Of a DNA stretch of 64,000 bases, positions 1-10,553 are shown one piece after another. The position numbers and the translations under genes are program-made. The notes below the pieces were generated by a model. That model was not told the DNA's origin. It did no database searches and was given only the letters and a program-made list of their open reading frames with translations. Every line of letters begins with the position of its first letter. The stretch's first letter is position 1. The stretch is taken from contig CAWEQH010000004.1 of the NCBI GenBank assembly GCA_963811165.1, positions 815,070-879,069 on the forward strand. Direction: 5' to 3'. The DNA comes from an uncultured Nitrospiraceae bacterium (GTDB lineage Bacteria; Nitrospirota; Thermodesulfovibrionia; Thermodesulfovibrionales; UBA6898).

Positions 1-1
1 T

Positions 2-910
2 GTCATCGTTTGCACGTATAATCGCTCAACAAACCTTTTAGATACGTTGCGGAGTCTGGACAGAATGATTGTGCCGAATGACATTATCTGGGAGACTCTT
101 GTAGTAGACAATAATTCCACCGATAATACCAAGAAGGTGATATCTGACTTTATAGAGGTCGGGCACAAGAGATTTCACTATTTATTCGAACCAAATCAGG
201 GAAAGTGTTATGCTTTAAACCGTGGGATAAGGGCGGCAAAGGGAAGTATTATTGCCTTTACGGATGATGACGCTATAGTCGACGGGCATTGGCTAAAGGC
301 TATCGTGGATACCGTTAAGAAGAGTGACGTCGAGTGTGTGGGTGGAAAGGTTTTACCAATATGGGAAGGGGCACGACCGACGTGGTTATCTGACGATCTG
401 CTCAATGTCTTGGCAATATTGGATTACGGCGATGACAGCTTTGAGTTTGAGCGCCGCAATAATAACCGCATGTTATTTGGTGTCAATGTCGCGTTCAAGA
501 AAGAGTTTTTTGCCAAAGAGGGATCGTTCAAAGTCGAACTCGGCTCGCGCGGTGAAGACCAGGAAATATTCGAGAGATTGCTGGCCGCGAACGGCAGAGC
601 GATCTACAATCCTGAGATAGTCGTCCACCACAAGATAAATCCTCAACGATTGACGAAATCCTACTACAGGAAATGGTACTTTGAAAGTGGAAAGGCAAGA
701 GCCAAATTAAATGCGGCAAGCAGAATAAGTCTTTTGGGCATACCTGGATATACGATAAGACAATCGGTTAGAAGACTTAAGGCATTCTTATATTCGGCGA
801 TCACTCTAAACAAATCGGCTTTTTTTTCGAACGAACTGTGGCTGATTTTTTACTATGCTTTTTTCTTGGATAAAGTAAAGTACGCGCTTCTCCGGGCGAA
901 GCAAACATAA
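2..910 (+). CDS. GT2 family glycosyltransferase (5'-truncated by window edge)
   Basis: Frame open from nt 2 (VIVCTYNR...); VVDNNSTD and FTDDD motifs of the GT-A fold. Confidence 0.9.
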   Translation, partial: VIVCTYNRSTNLLDTLRSLDRMIVPNDIIWETLVVDNNSTDNTKKVISDFIEVGHKRFHYLFEPNQGKCYALNRGIRAAKGSIIAFTDDDAIVDGHWLKAIVDTVKKSDVECVGGKVLPIWEGARPTWLSDDLLNVLAILDYGDDSFEFERRNNNRMLFGVNVAFKKEFFAKEGSFKVELGSRGEDQEIFERLLAANGRAIYNPEIVVHHKINPQRLTKSYYRKWYFESGKARAKLNAASRISLLGIPGYTIRQSVRRLKAFLYSAITLNKSAFFSNELWLIFYYAFFLDKVKYALLRAKQT

Positions 911-948
911 TATCTGAATCTGTCTCACAGGGTCTTTCCCATATAAAT

Positions 949-2475
949 ATGTATAGGGTACTCATAAAAAACATTCTGTCCAACTGGATGAATATTGGAG
1001 TCAGTGCGGTCATAGGTTTCTTCTTGATGCCTTTTCTGGTGCATCACCTCGACAACACTCTGTACGGCATTTGGGTCCTTATTATTTCACTTACCGGGTA
1101 CGGTGTATTACTGGATTTCGGGATAAGAAGCTCCATTGTTAAGTATGCATCGCAATACCATGCAACGGACGATAGGGCGAGTCTGAACAGTGTTTTCAAT
1201 ACGGGTCTGGCTATCTACTCAGTGACCTGCATGATACTAATGCTTGCGGCCCTTGTCTTTGCCCAGTTTCTGACACGCTTCTTTAATATTGCCCCTCAGC
1301 ATATGCATGAAGCCAAACTGGTTTTTCTTCTTATCAGCTTCAGTTTGGCGCTAAAGTTTCCCAGCGGCGTTTTTGAGGGATTCCTGTGCGGCATCCAAAG
1401 ATATGAAATAACCAACGGTATCAGCATCCTCGCGGCGGGCCTCAAGGCGATAGCGATTGTTATTTTTCTCAGTGCCGGATATAGACTGATAACCCTCGGT
1501 CTCATTGTGATGATGACGGATATAATAGCCAACGGTTTGATGGTTTATTTCTGCTTCAAATATCTCCCGTTCCTGCGACTTTCGTCGAAGAGTGTGAACC
1601 GAAAAATGTTTAAAAGCATTTACAGGTATGGACTATACAGTTTTATCATCATCATTGCCACCAAATTCATCTATGAGTCTGATGCGATTATCATAGGAGT
1701 TTTTTTGTCCGCTCAGGCCATTACTTTTTATGCGATTGCAAATAATCTGATCAGATATCTGCGGCAAATATCTTATGGATTTGGAAATGTGTTCAGCCCG
1801 GCAGCAAGTGTGCTTGATGCCAGGAATGATCATCGCAGGATTGAAGAACTGTTTACGTATGGCACGAAGTATTCCCTTCTTTTCATTCTGCCCGTTGCAT
1901 TCTCTTTAATCTTCTTAGGTAAGGAATTTATTACAATTTGGATGGGAAGAGAATATGCTCAATCAAGCGGTGATGTACTGCTAATATTGACTATCTCGCA
2001 GATCATCGCGATGGCACAGTTTTCTTCCGGTTCAATACTCTACGGCTTGAATAGGCACAGGTATCTGGCTTTCATGCTCTTGGGCGAGGCTGTTTGCAAA
2101 ATTATTATAAGCTTGGCACTGGTAGGTAAGAATGGAATAGTCGGTGTGGCATTGGGAACCGCCATGCCGGAAATTGTGGTTTATCTCTTCCTGTTGCCAT
2201 GGTATATTTCTAAAATAACAAAGTGTTCCCTGGCAAAATACTTCAGAGAATCTTTTTATTTACCGCTTTTGAGCAGTATTCCTTTTGCAGGACTCCTCTG
2301 TATCTTTAAGATTTATTTTCCACCCGTTTCATGGATCGTGTTCGTCCTTGAGATTTCCAGCGCGTTAACTGTGTATGGCATAACCTCTTTGTTTTTTTGT
2401 TTCGACGAGAAACAGAGAAGTACGATCGGTGTACTCCTTATGAGCAGGTTTAAGAGGGCGACTGCTATTGGGTAA
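949..2475 (+). CDS. wzx: Wzx-type oligosaccharide flippase (MOP superfamily)
   Basis: 508 aa, many hydrophobic segments, LLDFGI motif near N-terminus, inside a polysaccharide cluster. Confidence 0.85.
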   Translation: MYRVLIKNILSNWMNIGVSAVIGFFLMPFLVHHLDNTLYGIWVLIISLTGYGVLLDFGIRSSIVKYASQYHATDDRASLNSVFNTGLAIYSVTCMILMLAALVFAQFLTRFFNIAPQHMHEAKLVFLLISFSLALKFPSGVFEGFLCGIQRYEITNGISILAAGLKAIAIVIFLSAGYRLITLGLIVMMTDIIANGLMVYFCFKYLPFLRLSSKSVNRKMFKSIYRYGLYSFIIIIATKFIYESDAIIIGVFLSAQAITFYAIANNLIRYLRQISYGFGNVFSPAASVLDARNDHRRIEELFTYGTKYSLLFILPVAFSLIFLGKEFITIWMGREYAQSSGDVLLILTISQIIAMAQFSSGSILYGLNRHRYLAFMLLGEAVCKIIISLALVGKNGIVGVALGTAMPEIVVYLFLLPWYISKITKCSLAKYFRESFYLPLLSSIPFAGLLCIFKIYFPPVSWIVFVLEISSALTVYGITSLFFCFDEKQRSTIGVLLMSRFKRATAIG

Positions 2476-2483
2476 GAAGGATC

Positions 2484-3650
2484 ATGTTATTATTTGAATG
2501 GATTTTTTGGGGTTCTGTATCGTTTGTTGTAGCGGCGACGGTGGGCTACCCTTTGATGATCTCCGTGTTCAGTCTTTTTGTGCAAAGATCAAGGATTTTT
2601 CGGGATGATGAACCGACCGTCACGCTCATAATAGCGGCCCACAACGAAGAAAAAGTTATAAAAGAAAAAATTGATAACACGTTATCGCTCGATTATCCGA
2701 AGAATAAATTAGATATAATTGTGGCCTCGGACGGTTCGACTGATATGACCAACGAGATTGTGTCTTCCTTTGCCGACCGAGGAGTGATACTCCGCGCTTA
2801 CAACAGGCTGGGCAAAACCGGGATACAGAATGAATCAGTGAAAAAGGCTAACGGCGAGATACTAGTTTTTTCAGACGCTAACGCAATGTATAGAAAGGAT
2901 GCCATCAAGAAACTGGTTCGCAATTTCGCGGATGAGTCGGTGGGATGTGTCAGCGGCCAACTGATTTATCGAAGTAGAGGCCACTGCGCGGCCGGGGAAT
3001 CCGAGGGCTATTACTGGAACTATGAAAAATACTTAAAGAAAAAGGAAAGTGCTCTCTCTTCACTCCTGGGGGTGAATGGGTCAATCTATGCTGTCAGGAA
3101 AGAGGATTACGTGTACATAGACAATAAGCTCATCAGCGATTTTGTCGAACCGCTCGAAATAGTGAGAAGGGGGAAAAAGGTCGTCTATGAGCCGGAAGCT
3201 ATCTCAGAAGAAGAGCCGTCAGTCTCTTATGACAAAGAACTCAGGCGTAAGATAAGAATTCTGACCCGGAGCATCCGGGGCTTGCTGCACATGAAAAGTC
3301 TTCTGAATCCTTTTAAGTATGGTATTTTTTCTCTGCAATTGTTCCTGCATAAAGCTTGCAGATACCTCGTTCCCTTCTTTCTTGCCGCGAGCGCAGCCTG
3401 TCTGTTAATATTGGCCGGAAGACCGCTTTATTTCAGTTTATTTTGCCTGATGATAACGTCTTTTGCGGTGGCTGCGATCGCCAGACTTTTTATAGATATC
3501 GCACCGGGCAATAAGATTTTCAAGGTCTTCAATTTGATCTATTACTACTTTCTCGTTAATTATGCGGTGACTCTGGCCTGGGTTAATATCGTGAGGGGCT
3601 CTGAAATAACGGTCTGGACGACTGACCGGAAAGGAGCTACCAAAAAGTGA
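2484..3650 (+). CDS. GT2 family glycosyltransferase, membrane-anchored
   Basis: IIAAHNEE, VASDGSTD, FSDAN motifs; N- and C-terminal TM helices. Confidence 0.9.
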   Translation: MLLFEWIFWGSVSFVVAATVGYPLMISVFSLFVQRSRIFRDDEPTVTLIIAAHNEEKVIKEKIDNTLSLDYPKNKLDIIVASDGSTDMTNEIVSSFADRGVILRAYNRLGKTGIQNESVKKANGEILVFSDANAMYRKDAIKKLVRNFADESVGCVSGQLIYRSRGHCAAGESEGYYWNYEKYLKKKESALSSLLGVNGSIYAVRKEDYVYIDNKLISDFVEPLEIVRRGKKVVYEPEAISEEEPSVSYDKELRRKIRILTRSIRGLLHMKSLLNPFKYGIFSLQLFLHKACRYLVPFFLAASAACLLILAGRPLYFSLFCLMITSFAVAAIARLFIDIAPGNKIFKVFNLIYYYFLVNYAVTLAWVNIVRGSEITVWTTDRKGATKK

Positions 3651-3705
3651 GGAGGGCCGTCAAGATTATTAATCTCAATGATAGTAAGCGCTATCGTTCT
3701 AGGGC

Positions 3706-4914
3706 ATGATGACCAGGAAAGTATCAGATTTGACAAGATCGTGTGAATTATATAAGATCGACTTTCCGGGCTGCCTTTTTATTGCGACTGTGATGGCTTG
3801 CCTGCTTTGCTCTTTTGCTGGTGAAGCCACCGCGGGAGAGAAGCGCCCGATCGTTATCATTACCGTTGATGTGGAGTCGACCAAGGGGGTGGCCTTGCCC
3901 GAACAGGTCAATACCGCCTGTGTGGGTAATATAACCTGCGGTCTGCGGGAAATGGTCCGCATGCTGAATGCAAAAGGTTCTGCGGCAACTTTTTTTTTGA
4001 ACGTAGGTGAATATAAAGAGTACGGGGAACCCGCTTTACAAGCGATCGCAAGATGGCTCGATAAATCCGGTCAAGATGTCGAACTCCATACACATCCCCA
4101 ATGGGCGTATGATGAGAAACGGAATATGATGTTTCAGTACTCCCTGGAAGAGCAGATCCGGATTGTGCGAGAAGGAAAAGATTTATTGCAAAAATGGACG
4201 GGCAATCCCGTCGTGGTGCACCGGGCCGGCGCCTATAGTGCAGATGAAAATACATTAAAGGCGCTGATCGCAAACGGCATCCTTTATGACAGCTCCCTCT
4301 TCTTTGGGAATGTGAATTCCAAAATCAATTCGGGCGACCTGAGAAAAAATGCTCTTTCCATGTATGGCCCTCTTTATGAATTTCCGGTGACGGTGTATCG
4401 GAAGAATGAATTGCCGCCGTTCGCAAACGACTATCTGTTGCCTCATTCAAAAGTCAGGAAATATGACATCAACTGGTTTGTGGATCAGCCGGAAGCCGAA
4501 AAGGCCCTAGAGGAGGCGATTAGGCTGAAGATGGACTTTATTATCCTTTTCCTCCACAGTTTTTCTTTCATAAAGGGGGGGGATGGAACTGGACAGATGG
4601 TAGCAGACGTCGATGCGATCAAGAGATTCGGCGATGTCCTGGACTTTATTGGCGCTAAAGGACTGAAGACATCCACCTTCAAAGAGATCCATGATGCCAA
4701 TACTGGACTGAAAGAATACTTAATGAGACCGGATATCATACCCGCGATTTCTGTGAAGATCTCAATGTTTCGATATCTGCGGGAATTTATAAGTGGAAAT
4801 AATTATAAAGAGTATATCCTCCTCGGCGGTGTGTTGGCCGCGGCTTTTGTACTCCTCTTAAAGAGGCGTACCTTTCGGAACGATAAAAAGCAAAAAGTTG
4901 AACCTGACGCGTAA
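3706..4914 (+). CDS. Exported polysaccharide deacetylase (CE4/NodB-like) with C-terminal membrane anchor
   Basis: ITVDVE, ATFF, ELHTHP, HRAGAY, YDSS, FLHSFS motifs; signal-like N-terminus; C-terminal hydrophobic helix plus KRR. True start may be downstream. Confidence 0.8.
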   Translation: MMTRKVSDLTRSCELYKIDFPGCLFIATVMACLLCSFAGEATAGEKRPIVIITVDVESTKGVALPEQVNTACVGNITCGLREMVRMLNAKGSAATFFLNVGEYKEYGEPALQAIARWLDKSGQDVELHTHPQWAYDEKRNMMFQYSLEEQIRIVREGKDLLQKWTGNPVVVHRAGAYSADENTLKALIANGILYDSSLFFGNVNSKINSGDLRKNALSMYGPLYEFPVTVYRKNELPPFANDYLLPHSKVRKYDINWFVDQPEAEKALEEAIRLKMDFIILFLHSFSFIKGGDGTGQMVADVDAIKRFGDVLDFIGAKGLKTSTFKEIHDANTGLKEYLMRPDIIPAISVKISMFRYLREFISGNNYKEYILLGGVLAAAFVLLLKRRTFRNDKKQKVEPDA

Positions 4915-4934
4915 TGAGATGGTACCGATAAACA

Positions 4935-6299
4935 ATGTTGCAGTTACTTTTGCCTTTTCAGATATTCTTTATACCGGGACTGATACTTCTTTTGCTCTGG
5001 TGCATGTATTGTGTCGTCGTGAAAAAGGACAGGGCGGTCGGCCTAGTATTGTATATCTCTCTGGTGATAATCGTAGATGGCTTCTTAAACACAGGTTTTT
5101 ATATCCCGGGACTGGATCAGGGCAGCATAAGGTATTCCGAGATTTGTGCCTTTTTCTTATTCCTCAGCGGCACGGCAAAAGGACTGCCGGAACACAATGA
5201 TCGCACGATCATATTCTTGGCGTTCCTCTATTTTCTTCTCATGTTCTTTTCGGGCATGAGGGGCTATACCTTAATAGACGGTATTTCGGAGTTTCGGAGG
5301 ATTATGGTGCCGCAAATAATATCTTTTGTCCTTGCATATAAGGGATTTAAGAGCAGGGAGGATTACAAAAGGTTTTTGTTTTTTTTGGGTACACTTCTTA
5401 TCATCATCGGCCTAGTTACCTTTTGGGATGTTTTTTTCGATCGTTCTCTCCTCAAGAGCGATATGCTGTACAAACCTGAATATTGGCAGAATCGAAAAAA
5501 TGGAAGATTCGGAAGCTTTTTCTTAAATCCCAATCTTATGGGTGCATTTGGCGTCCTTGTCTTCCCCGTGATGTTTATCAGGACATTTATTGAGGAGATC
5601 AGATGGAAGAGGATATACTGCGCCGTCGGATTGCTGGCCCTTTCTTTTGCTCTGATCGAGACCCAATCAAGAGGGCCTTTATTGGGACTTGTTATGTCTC
5701 TGTTCTTTCTGTTTGCAATACCTACGAGAACTTTGTCCATGATGAAGAAAATCGGATATTTGCTGTTGTTTTTAACTGTCTTTTATCTGTTCATGCCTGG
5801 ATTCTTCGCACATGTAACAGAACGGTTTGATGACGTGGAATCGGAAACGAACACGGAGGCGGTATCAAGGCAGACCATGTGGTCCTTCACTCAAAGGATC
5901 ATCCGCGACTACCCTTTGGCTGGTATCGGATTCGGAGAGAAGCAATATATCGAATACGCATTGCAATATGGTTTTAAAGAGGAATATTCGGGCATGCCCC
6001 TTGACAATCCGCACAATTCATATCTTGAGATGGCGGTGTGTGCCGGCACTCCTGCACTCGTTATATTCATCCTGTTCAATGCTGTAATGGTAAAAAAGGG
6101 AATGGGTGTCATTTTGGTGCACAAAGGGAATGAGATTTCTCTATATTTGGCGGGATTACTTGCCGGCATCCTTGGCTTTCTCGCGTCTGCTTTTGTGGAC
6201 ATGCATATGTTCACGGAAACGGTGGCTCCCGCTTATTGGATGACCTGCGGTCTCGCCTATTCGATGATCCGTTCGGCGGAGACGTTCGAGGAAGTATGA
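4935..6299 (+). CDS. O-antigen ligase / Wzy-like polymerase
   Basis: Multi-TM; NPN, TQSRG, GIGFG, PHNSYL motifs of the Wzy_C family. Confidence 0.85.
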   Translation: MLQLLLPFQIFFIPGLILLLLWCMYCVVVKKDRAVGLVLYISLVIIVDGFLNTGFYIPGLDQGSIRYSEICAFFLFLSGTAKGLPEHNDRTIIFLAFLYFLLMFFSGMRGYTLIDGISEFRRIMVPQIISFVLAYKGFKSREDYKRFLFFLGTLLIIIGLVTFWDVFFDRSLLKSDMLYKPEYWQNRKNGRFGSFFLNPNLMGAFGVLVFPVMFIRTFIEEIRWKRIYCAVGLLALSFALIETQSRGPLLGLVMSLFFLFAIPTRTLSMMKKIGYLLLFLTVFYLFMPGFFAHVTERFDDVESETNTEAVSRQTMWSFTQRIIRDYPLAGIGFGEKQYIEYALQYGFKEEYSGMPLDNPHNSYLEMAVCAGTPALVIFILFNAVMVKKGMGVILVHKGNEISLYLAGLLAGILGFLASAFVDMHMFTETVAPAYWMTCGLAYSMIRSAETFEEV

Positions 6300-7096
6300 G
6301 GGTACTAATATTGACTTCATACACGGCGGCAAATATTTATTTGGTCAACTACTTAACCGCCAAACATAATGTAGTTGCAAAGATAATTGAAAAACGACCC
6401 CTGGCCCTGACATTTGAAGAAAAGCTGAAAAGACGCAAGAAAATGCTGAACAAATATGGTTTCTATAAAACAATAAACAAGTTGCTTTATAACAAATATA
6501 GGGCCTATGTGAACAAAAAGGGGAGGGATGAAATCATAGGGCAATCATTATTTTCCGGACTTGGTAATGCGCATTATGAAAAAAATGTCCCCTCAATAGA
6601 GGTCTCTGATATAAATGAACCGAAATGCGTTGAATTTATATCATTGCACAACCCGGATATTATTGCGGTCTGCGGAACGACTGTCTTGAAGCCCCCGGTT
6701 TTTGAACTCTCCAGGAGAGGCACTATAAACATACATACCGGCATTATTCCTGAGTACAGAAGTGCAGACCCGATATTTTGGGCGCTGTACAATAATGAGC
6801 CGGACAACGTTGGCGTTACCGTTCACTTTGTAGACAAGGGGATCGATACCGGGCCTATCATTTATCAGCAGAGGGTGGGTGTTACAAGGGATGATAAGCT
6901 TGAAACCCTTTACTGTAGATGCATAAAAAAAGGAGCTGAACTGATGTCGCAGGCGATCAGTGACATAGAAAATGGTGAAGTAAAAGCTATGAGAAAGGAC
7001 GGCGTACAGGGCAAGGCATATTATCATATGGATCTTGGCATATGGGAGTATTTAGTCTTTCAACGGAGATTTTGCAAACTGAAGAGAACTCTATGA
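6296..7096 (+). CDS. Formyltransferase (N10-formyl-THF dependent, Fmt-like N domain)
   Basis: INIHTGIIPEYR, GVTVHFVDKGIDTGPI; ATG 6296 overlaps upstream stop (ATGA). Confidence 0.85.
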   Translation: MRVLILTSYTAANIYLVNYLTAKHNVVAKIIEKRPLALTFEEKLKRRKKMLNKYGFYKTINKLLYNKYRAYVNKKGRDEIIGQSLFSGLGNAHYEKNVPSIEVSDINEPKCVEFISLHNPDIIAVCGTTVLKPPVFELSRRGTINIHTGIIPEYRSADPIFWALYNNEPDNVGVTVHFVDKGIDTGPIIYQQRVGVTRDDKLETLYCRCIKKGAELMSQAISDIENGEVKAMRKDGVQGKAYYHMDLGIWEYLVFQRRFCKLKRTL

Positions 7097-8409
7097 GCGA
7101 TGATTCCCGCGAGGACTATAAAAAATATCGTTGGTCACTTCGGACAGATGATGTCATGAAGAAAATACTGGACAAGATAAAAAAGAGATACTTCCATTCT
7201 AGAAATTCATATATGCATTCCGGGGACAAGCCGAAACGATTAATAATCGAGAAGGCGAAATGGTTCAATAATGCTGACAGCCCCGTCATGTTGATGATAG
7301 ACGATCTGGCAAATGCCTGGTACTGCACGAATGGGACCAAGACGTGGGATCATGGGGGAGACTGGGGTGGAGGACTGGACAGAAGCGGCTCAGTCATCTC
7401 TTTCTTAAGGGAAAAGCTTTTAAAAGACTTCCCTGAAGTAAGAGTAACCTTTTTTGCTGTCGCAGGAAGGATCAGCCAATACACACACCATCAACCATTT
7501 ACCTATGCAGAAGCGCTCGATGCAAACGAGGAAGCGAAGGCATTTTTTAAGAAAATGTGTGATGATGACAGGTTTGAGATCGCCTATCACGGCTTTGATC
7601 ATGGTACTCCTGGGACGAATACGGAAGGTTTCGTACAGGAATGGAGAGGATTCGGGTCAGTGGACGATGCCTGCGAACAAATCAGCAGAGGCAAGGAAAT
7701 ATTCAAAGAGGTTCTTGGTGAATATCCGAAAGGAGGAAAATACGGCGGCTGGCAGTATAATGATTTGGCCGACGAATCCATCGATAGGAGTTCGTTCTCA
7801 TGGTGGTGCAGGGATTGGATGCCGAGGGATACACTCGGTCGGGTGTGTGACGGGTATTATGAGCCCCAATTCTTTGGCCACAACTTTGTCGTGGCACTTC
7901 CCTCAACGATACATGGGTTTTATTGGAGCAAACATCAGATCGACAAACTTATCGAAAAGAAACAGATCATTTCCATAGAGGAGCATATCGCACCTCTTAG
8001 ACCGGATGGCCGAATCCAGACACCCAACGTTATTGACGACATTCACGAACTCACAGCACTTTTCAGATACTTGCGAGGCAAAAAAGTCTGGCACGCGACG
8101 GGAACAGACATTGCCAATTATTTTGTTGCCTTTACCCGCAGTGTAATTTATGACGTAACCGAGGACAGCTTTAAAATCAGGTATTCCGGCAGAGCCGAAA
8201 GACCACCATTGACTTTAAGACTTGATTGCTCTGGAATTTGTACTCCACAAAAACCCTATATTCATGTGAAACTTCCGGAAAGCGCTCACTTAACTGCACG
8301 GGACTACCGATATGATACAATGCGCTGTCGGCATTGGGTGAATATTCCCGTTCTTGACGGTGAATATACGATTGAGGCAACTTCTGCACCGTGTGATTGT
8401 TTCAACTAA
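7093..8409 (+). CDS. Polysaccharide deacetylase-like protein
   Basis: LMIDDL, VTFF, EIAYHGFDH motifs; ATGA coupling with formyltransferase stop. Confidence 0.65.
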   Translation: MSDDSREDYKKYRWSLRTDDVMKKILDKIKKRYFHSRNSYMHSGDKPKRLIIEKAKWFNNADSPVMLMIDDLANAWYCTNGTKTWDHGGDWGGGLDRSGSVISFLREKLLKDFPEVRVTFFAVAGRISQYTHHQPFTYAEALDANEEAKAFFKKMCDDDRFEIAYHGFDHGTPGTNTEGFVQEWRGFGSVDDACEQISRGKEIFKEVLGEYPKGGKYGGWQYNDLADESIDRSSFSWWCRDWMPRDTLGRVCDGYYEPQFFGHNFVVALPSTIHGFYWSKHQIDKLIEKKQIISIEEHIAPLRPDGRIQTPNVIDDIHELTALFRYLRGKKVWHATGTDIANYFVAFTRSVIYDVTEDSFKIRYSGRAERPPLTLRLDCSGICTPQKPYIHVKLPESAHLTARDYRYDTMRCRHWVNIPVLDGEYTIEATSAPCDCFN

Positions 8410-8451
8410 ACGGGAAACTTCTGAAGGGATACTCACGAGTAGCGAGAAAAG

Positions 8452-9546
8452 TTGTCAAGGAGCAAGCTGTTCGCAGTGAGAAAAGTATTGAACCCGAAAA
8501 AAAACGATATTTTATTAGTAGGCTCATATCCGCCTCCCTTTGGAGGTCAGTCCGTTCATATTCAGAGTCTGCATTCCCATCTGAAGGACAATGACTTCAG
8601 CGTAACAATCTTGAATACGGGTGTTAACAAATTAATAGGAACAAGAGAAATCATCAGCATCAAGAGTTCGGGAGATTTGCTAATTTCGCTTCTCTTCAAG
8701 TATAACACTCGGCTCCTTCACTTACATGTAGCGAACTTCGAAGATTTAGGCAAATTGATTCCGGTGTTCGCCGCTGCCATCTTTAAGAAATTCATATGGG
8801 TTTTGACTATCCATTCCGGGAATATCGACTTGACATTGAATAACGGGACATCGGTGCGGAAATTCTTGATTAAGTCAATGTTGTCGCGGGTCGATAAAGT
8901 AATTTGTGTCAATGACACAATCAGGGATATTCTTTCAAAATGGATACATTGTGAAAAGCTCGTGGTTATCCCGGCATTCTATTTTAATTTTGTAGAAAAA
9001 AAAACGTCAGAAGAAATAGAAACCTTCTTAAATACTCATGATCCGGTTATCAGCTGCGTGGGGTTTTATGAGCCAGTATATGGATTTGATTTGGCATTAC
9101 TTTCCATTAAAGAACTTATGAAAAATTATAAGAAGATCGGGTTAATTATTATGGGTGATAAAAAAGGGGAGTCGCTGCGATACGAGACTATGATTCATGA
9201 GCACCGGCTGAGTAATCATGTATTTCTGGCCGGCAACATGGATCATGATGAGTGTTTGTCAGTAATCAAGAGATCCGCATTATTTTTACGGCCCACATTG
9301 TTCGACGGTGATTCAATTTCTGTAAGAGAAGCCTTAGCAATGAACGTTCCGGTTGTAGCTAGCAATACTGAATTTCGGCCTGTAGGTGTGGATGTTTTTA
9401 ACGGCAGAAATCTCGAAGATATGGTAAAGAAAATGGTCCTTCGTTTGGGAAGCAATGTTTGTAGATCGGGGTGCACAAATAGCGATCTGAGTAACGTGGA
9501 GAAAATCCGGAGAGCGTACACGACTCTTATGGAGCCTGGACGGTAA
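8452..9546 (+). CDS. GT4 family glycosyltransferase
   Basis: YPPPFGG N-terminal motif, DGDSISVREALA; start uncertain (TTG 8452 or GTG 8476). Confidence 0.85.
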   Translation: MSRSKLFAVRKVLNPKKNDILLVGSYPPPFGGQSVHIQSLHSHLKDNDFSVTILNTGVNKLIGTREIISIKSSGDLLISLLFKYNTRLLHLHVANFEDLGKLIPVFAAAIFKKFIWVLTIHSGNIDLTLNNGTSVRKFLIKSMLSRVDKVICVNDTIRDILSKWIHCEKLVVIPAFYFNFVEKKTSEEIETFLNTHDPVISCVGFYEPVYGFDLALLSIKELMKNYKKIGLIIMGDKKGESLRYETMIHEHRLSNHVFLAGNMDHDECLSVIKRSALFLRPTLFDGDSISVREALAMNVPVVASNTEFRPVGVDVFNGRNLEDMVKKMVLRLGSNVCRSGCTNSDLSNVEKIRRAYTTLMEPGR

Positions 9547-9581
9547 AGTCATGTCTTTGGTAAGAAGGTAAGTCAGGCACA

Positions 9582-10487
9582 ATGTATTTGGTTAGCGTAA
9601 TAATTCCCGCATACAATAGCGAACGGTATGTCGTGGAGGCGGTTCAGTCGGTGTTCACTCAGACGTGCAAGGATTATGAAGTCATTATTATAGATGACGG
9701 GTCAAGTGACCAGACCGTCGAACGTATTAGACCTTACGCCATGTTGAGTAACTTTAGCATTATAGAACAAGCTAACTCCGGTCCTTCGAAGGCGCGCAAT
9801 CGTGGAATTAAAGCTGCTCGCGGCAAATACTGTGCTTTTTTAGATTCCGACGACATTATGATGCCTGAGAGACTTGCATTGCAGGTCACAAAAATGGAGG
9901 AAAAGCCAGAGGTGGGAATGGTCTACTGTGACTTGATGACGTTCAACGATAGAGGCATGGTTCATTCGACAAAAAAAATCTTCATAAAACCCTATTCCGG
10001 GGCGGTTCTAGAAAAATTAGTTCTGGATAACTTTATTACGACGTCGACCGTTATGGCAAGAAAAGAATGTTTTGAGAAAGTCGGTTTTTTTGATGAAACG
10101 ATACGGCATTCTGAGGATTATAAAATGTGGCTTAATATTGCAAAGGAATATGAAATCGAATACCTTGATATTCCGCTAGTGAAGTATAGGTATCAGTCAG
10201 ATGGTCTTTCAAGTAATAAGGTGGCAATGACCACTTCATCTTTTAATATTATCAATGATTTCTGGGAGGGGAATCGAGAATATAAAAGAAAACATAATAT
10301 CTTATACAGAATGTCAATTGCCCACCAATTAACGAATATGGGTAATGCTTACTACTACTTCGAAAAATATAGTCGGTCAGCGAAGTTCCTAATTGAATCT
10401 TTGATCACTTACCCTTTTTTTAAAGAAACGTACAAGACAATCATGAGACTGATGTTAAAGAGCTTTCGAAAGAAACTCTTGGAGTAA
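9582..10487 (+). CDS. GT2 family glycosyltransferase
   Basis: VSVIIPAYN, IDDGSSD, FLDSDD, EDY motifs. Confidence 0.92.
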   Translation: MYLVSVIIPAYNSERYVVEAVQSVFTQTCKDYEVIIIDDGSSDQTVERIRPYAMLSNFSIIEQANSGPSKARNRGIKAARGKYCAFLDSDDIMMPERLALQVTKMEEKPEVGMVYCDLMTFNDRGMVHSTKKIFIKPYSGAVLEKLVLDNFITTSTVMARKECFEKVGFFDETIRHSEDYKMWLNIAKEYEIEYLDIPLVKYRYQSDGLSSNKVAMTTSSFNIINDFWEGNREYKRKHNILYRMSIAHQLTNMGNAYYYFEKYSRSAKFLIESLITYPFFKETYKTIMRLMLKSFRKKLLE

Positions 10488-10553
10488 AGTCGCGTCAACT
10501 AATCAGCCGAAATTGCGGAACGTTCTAATCCAAAACATAATGGAGGTTAACAA

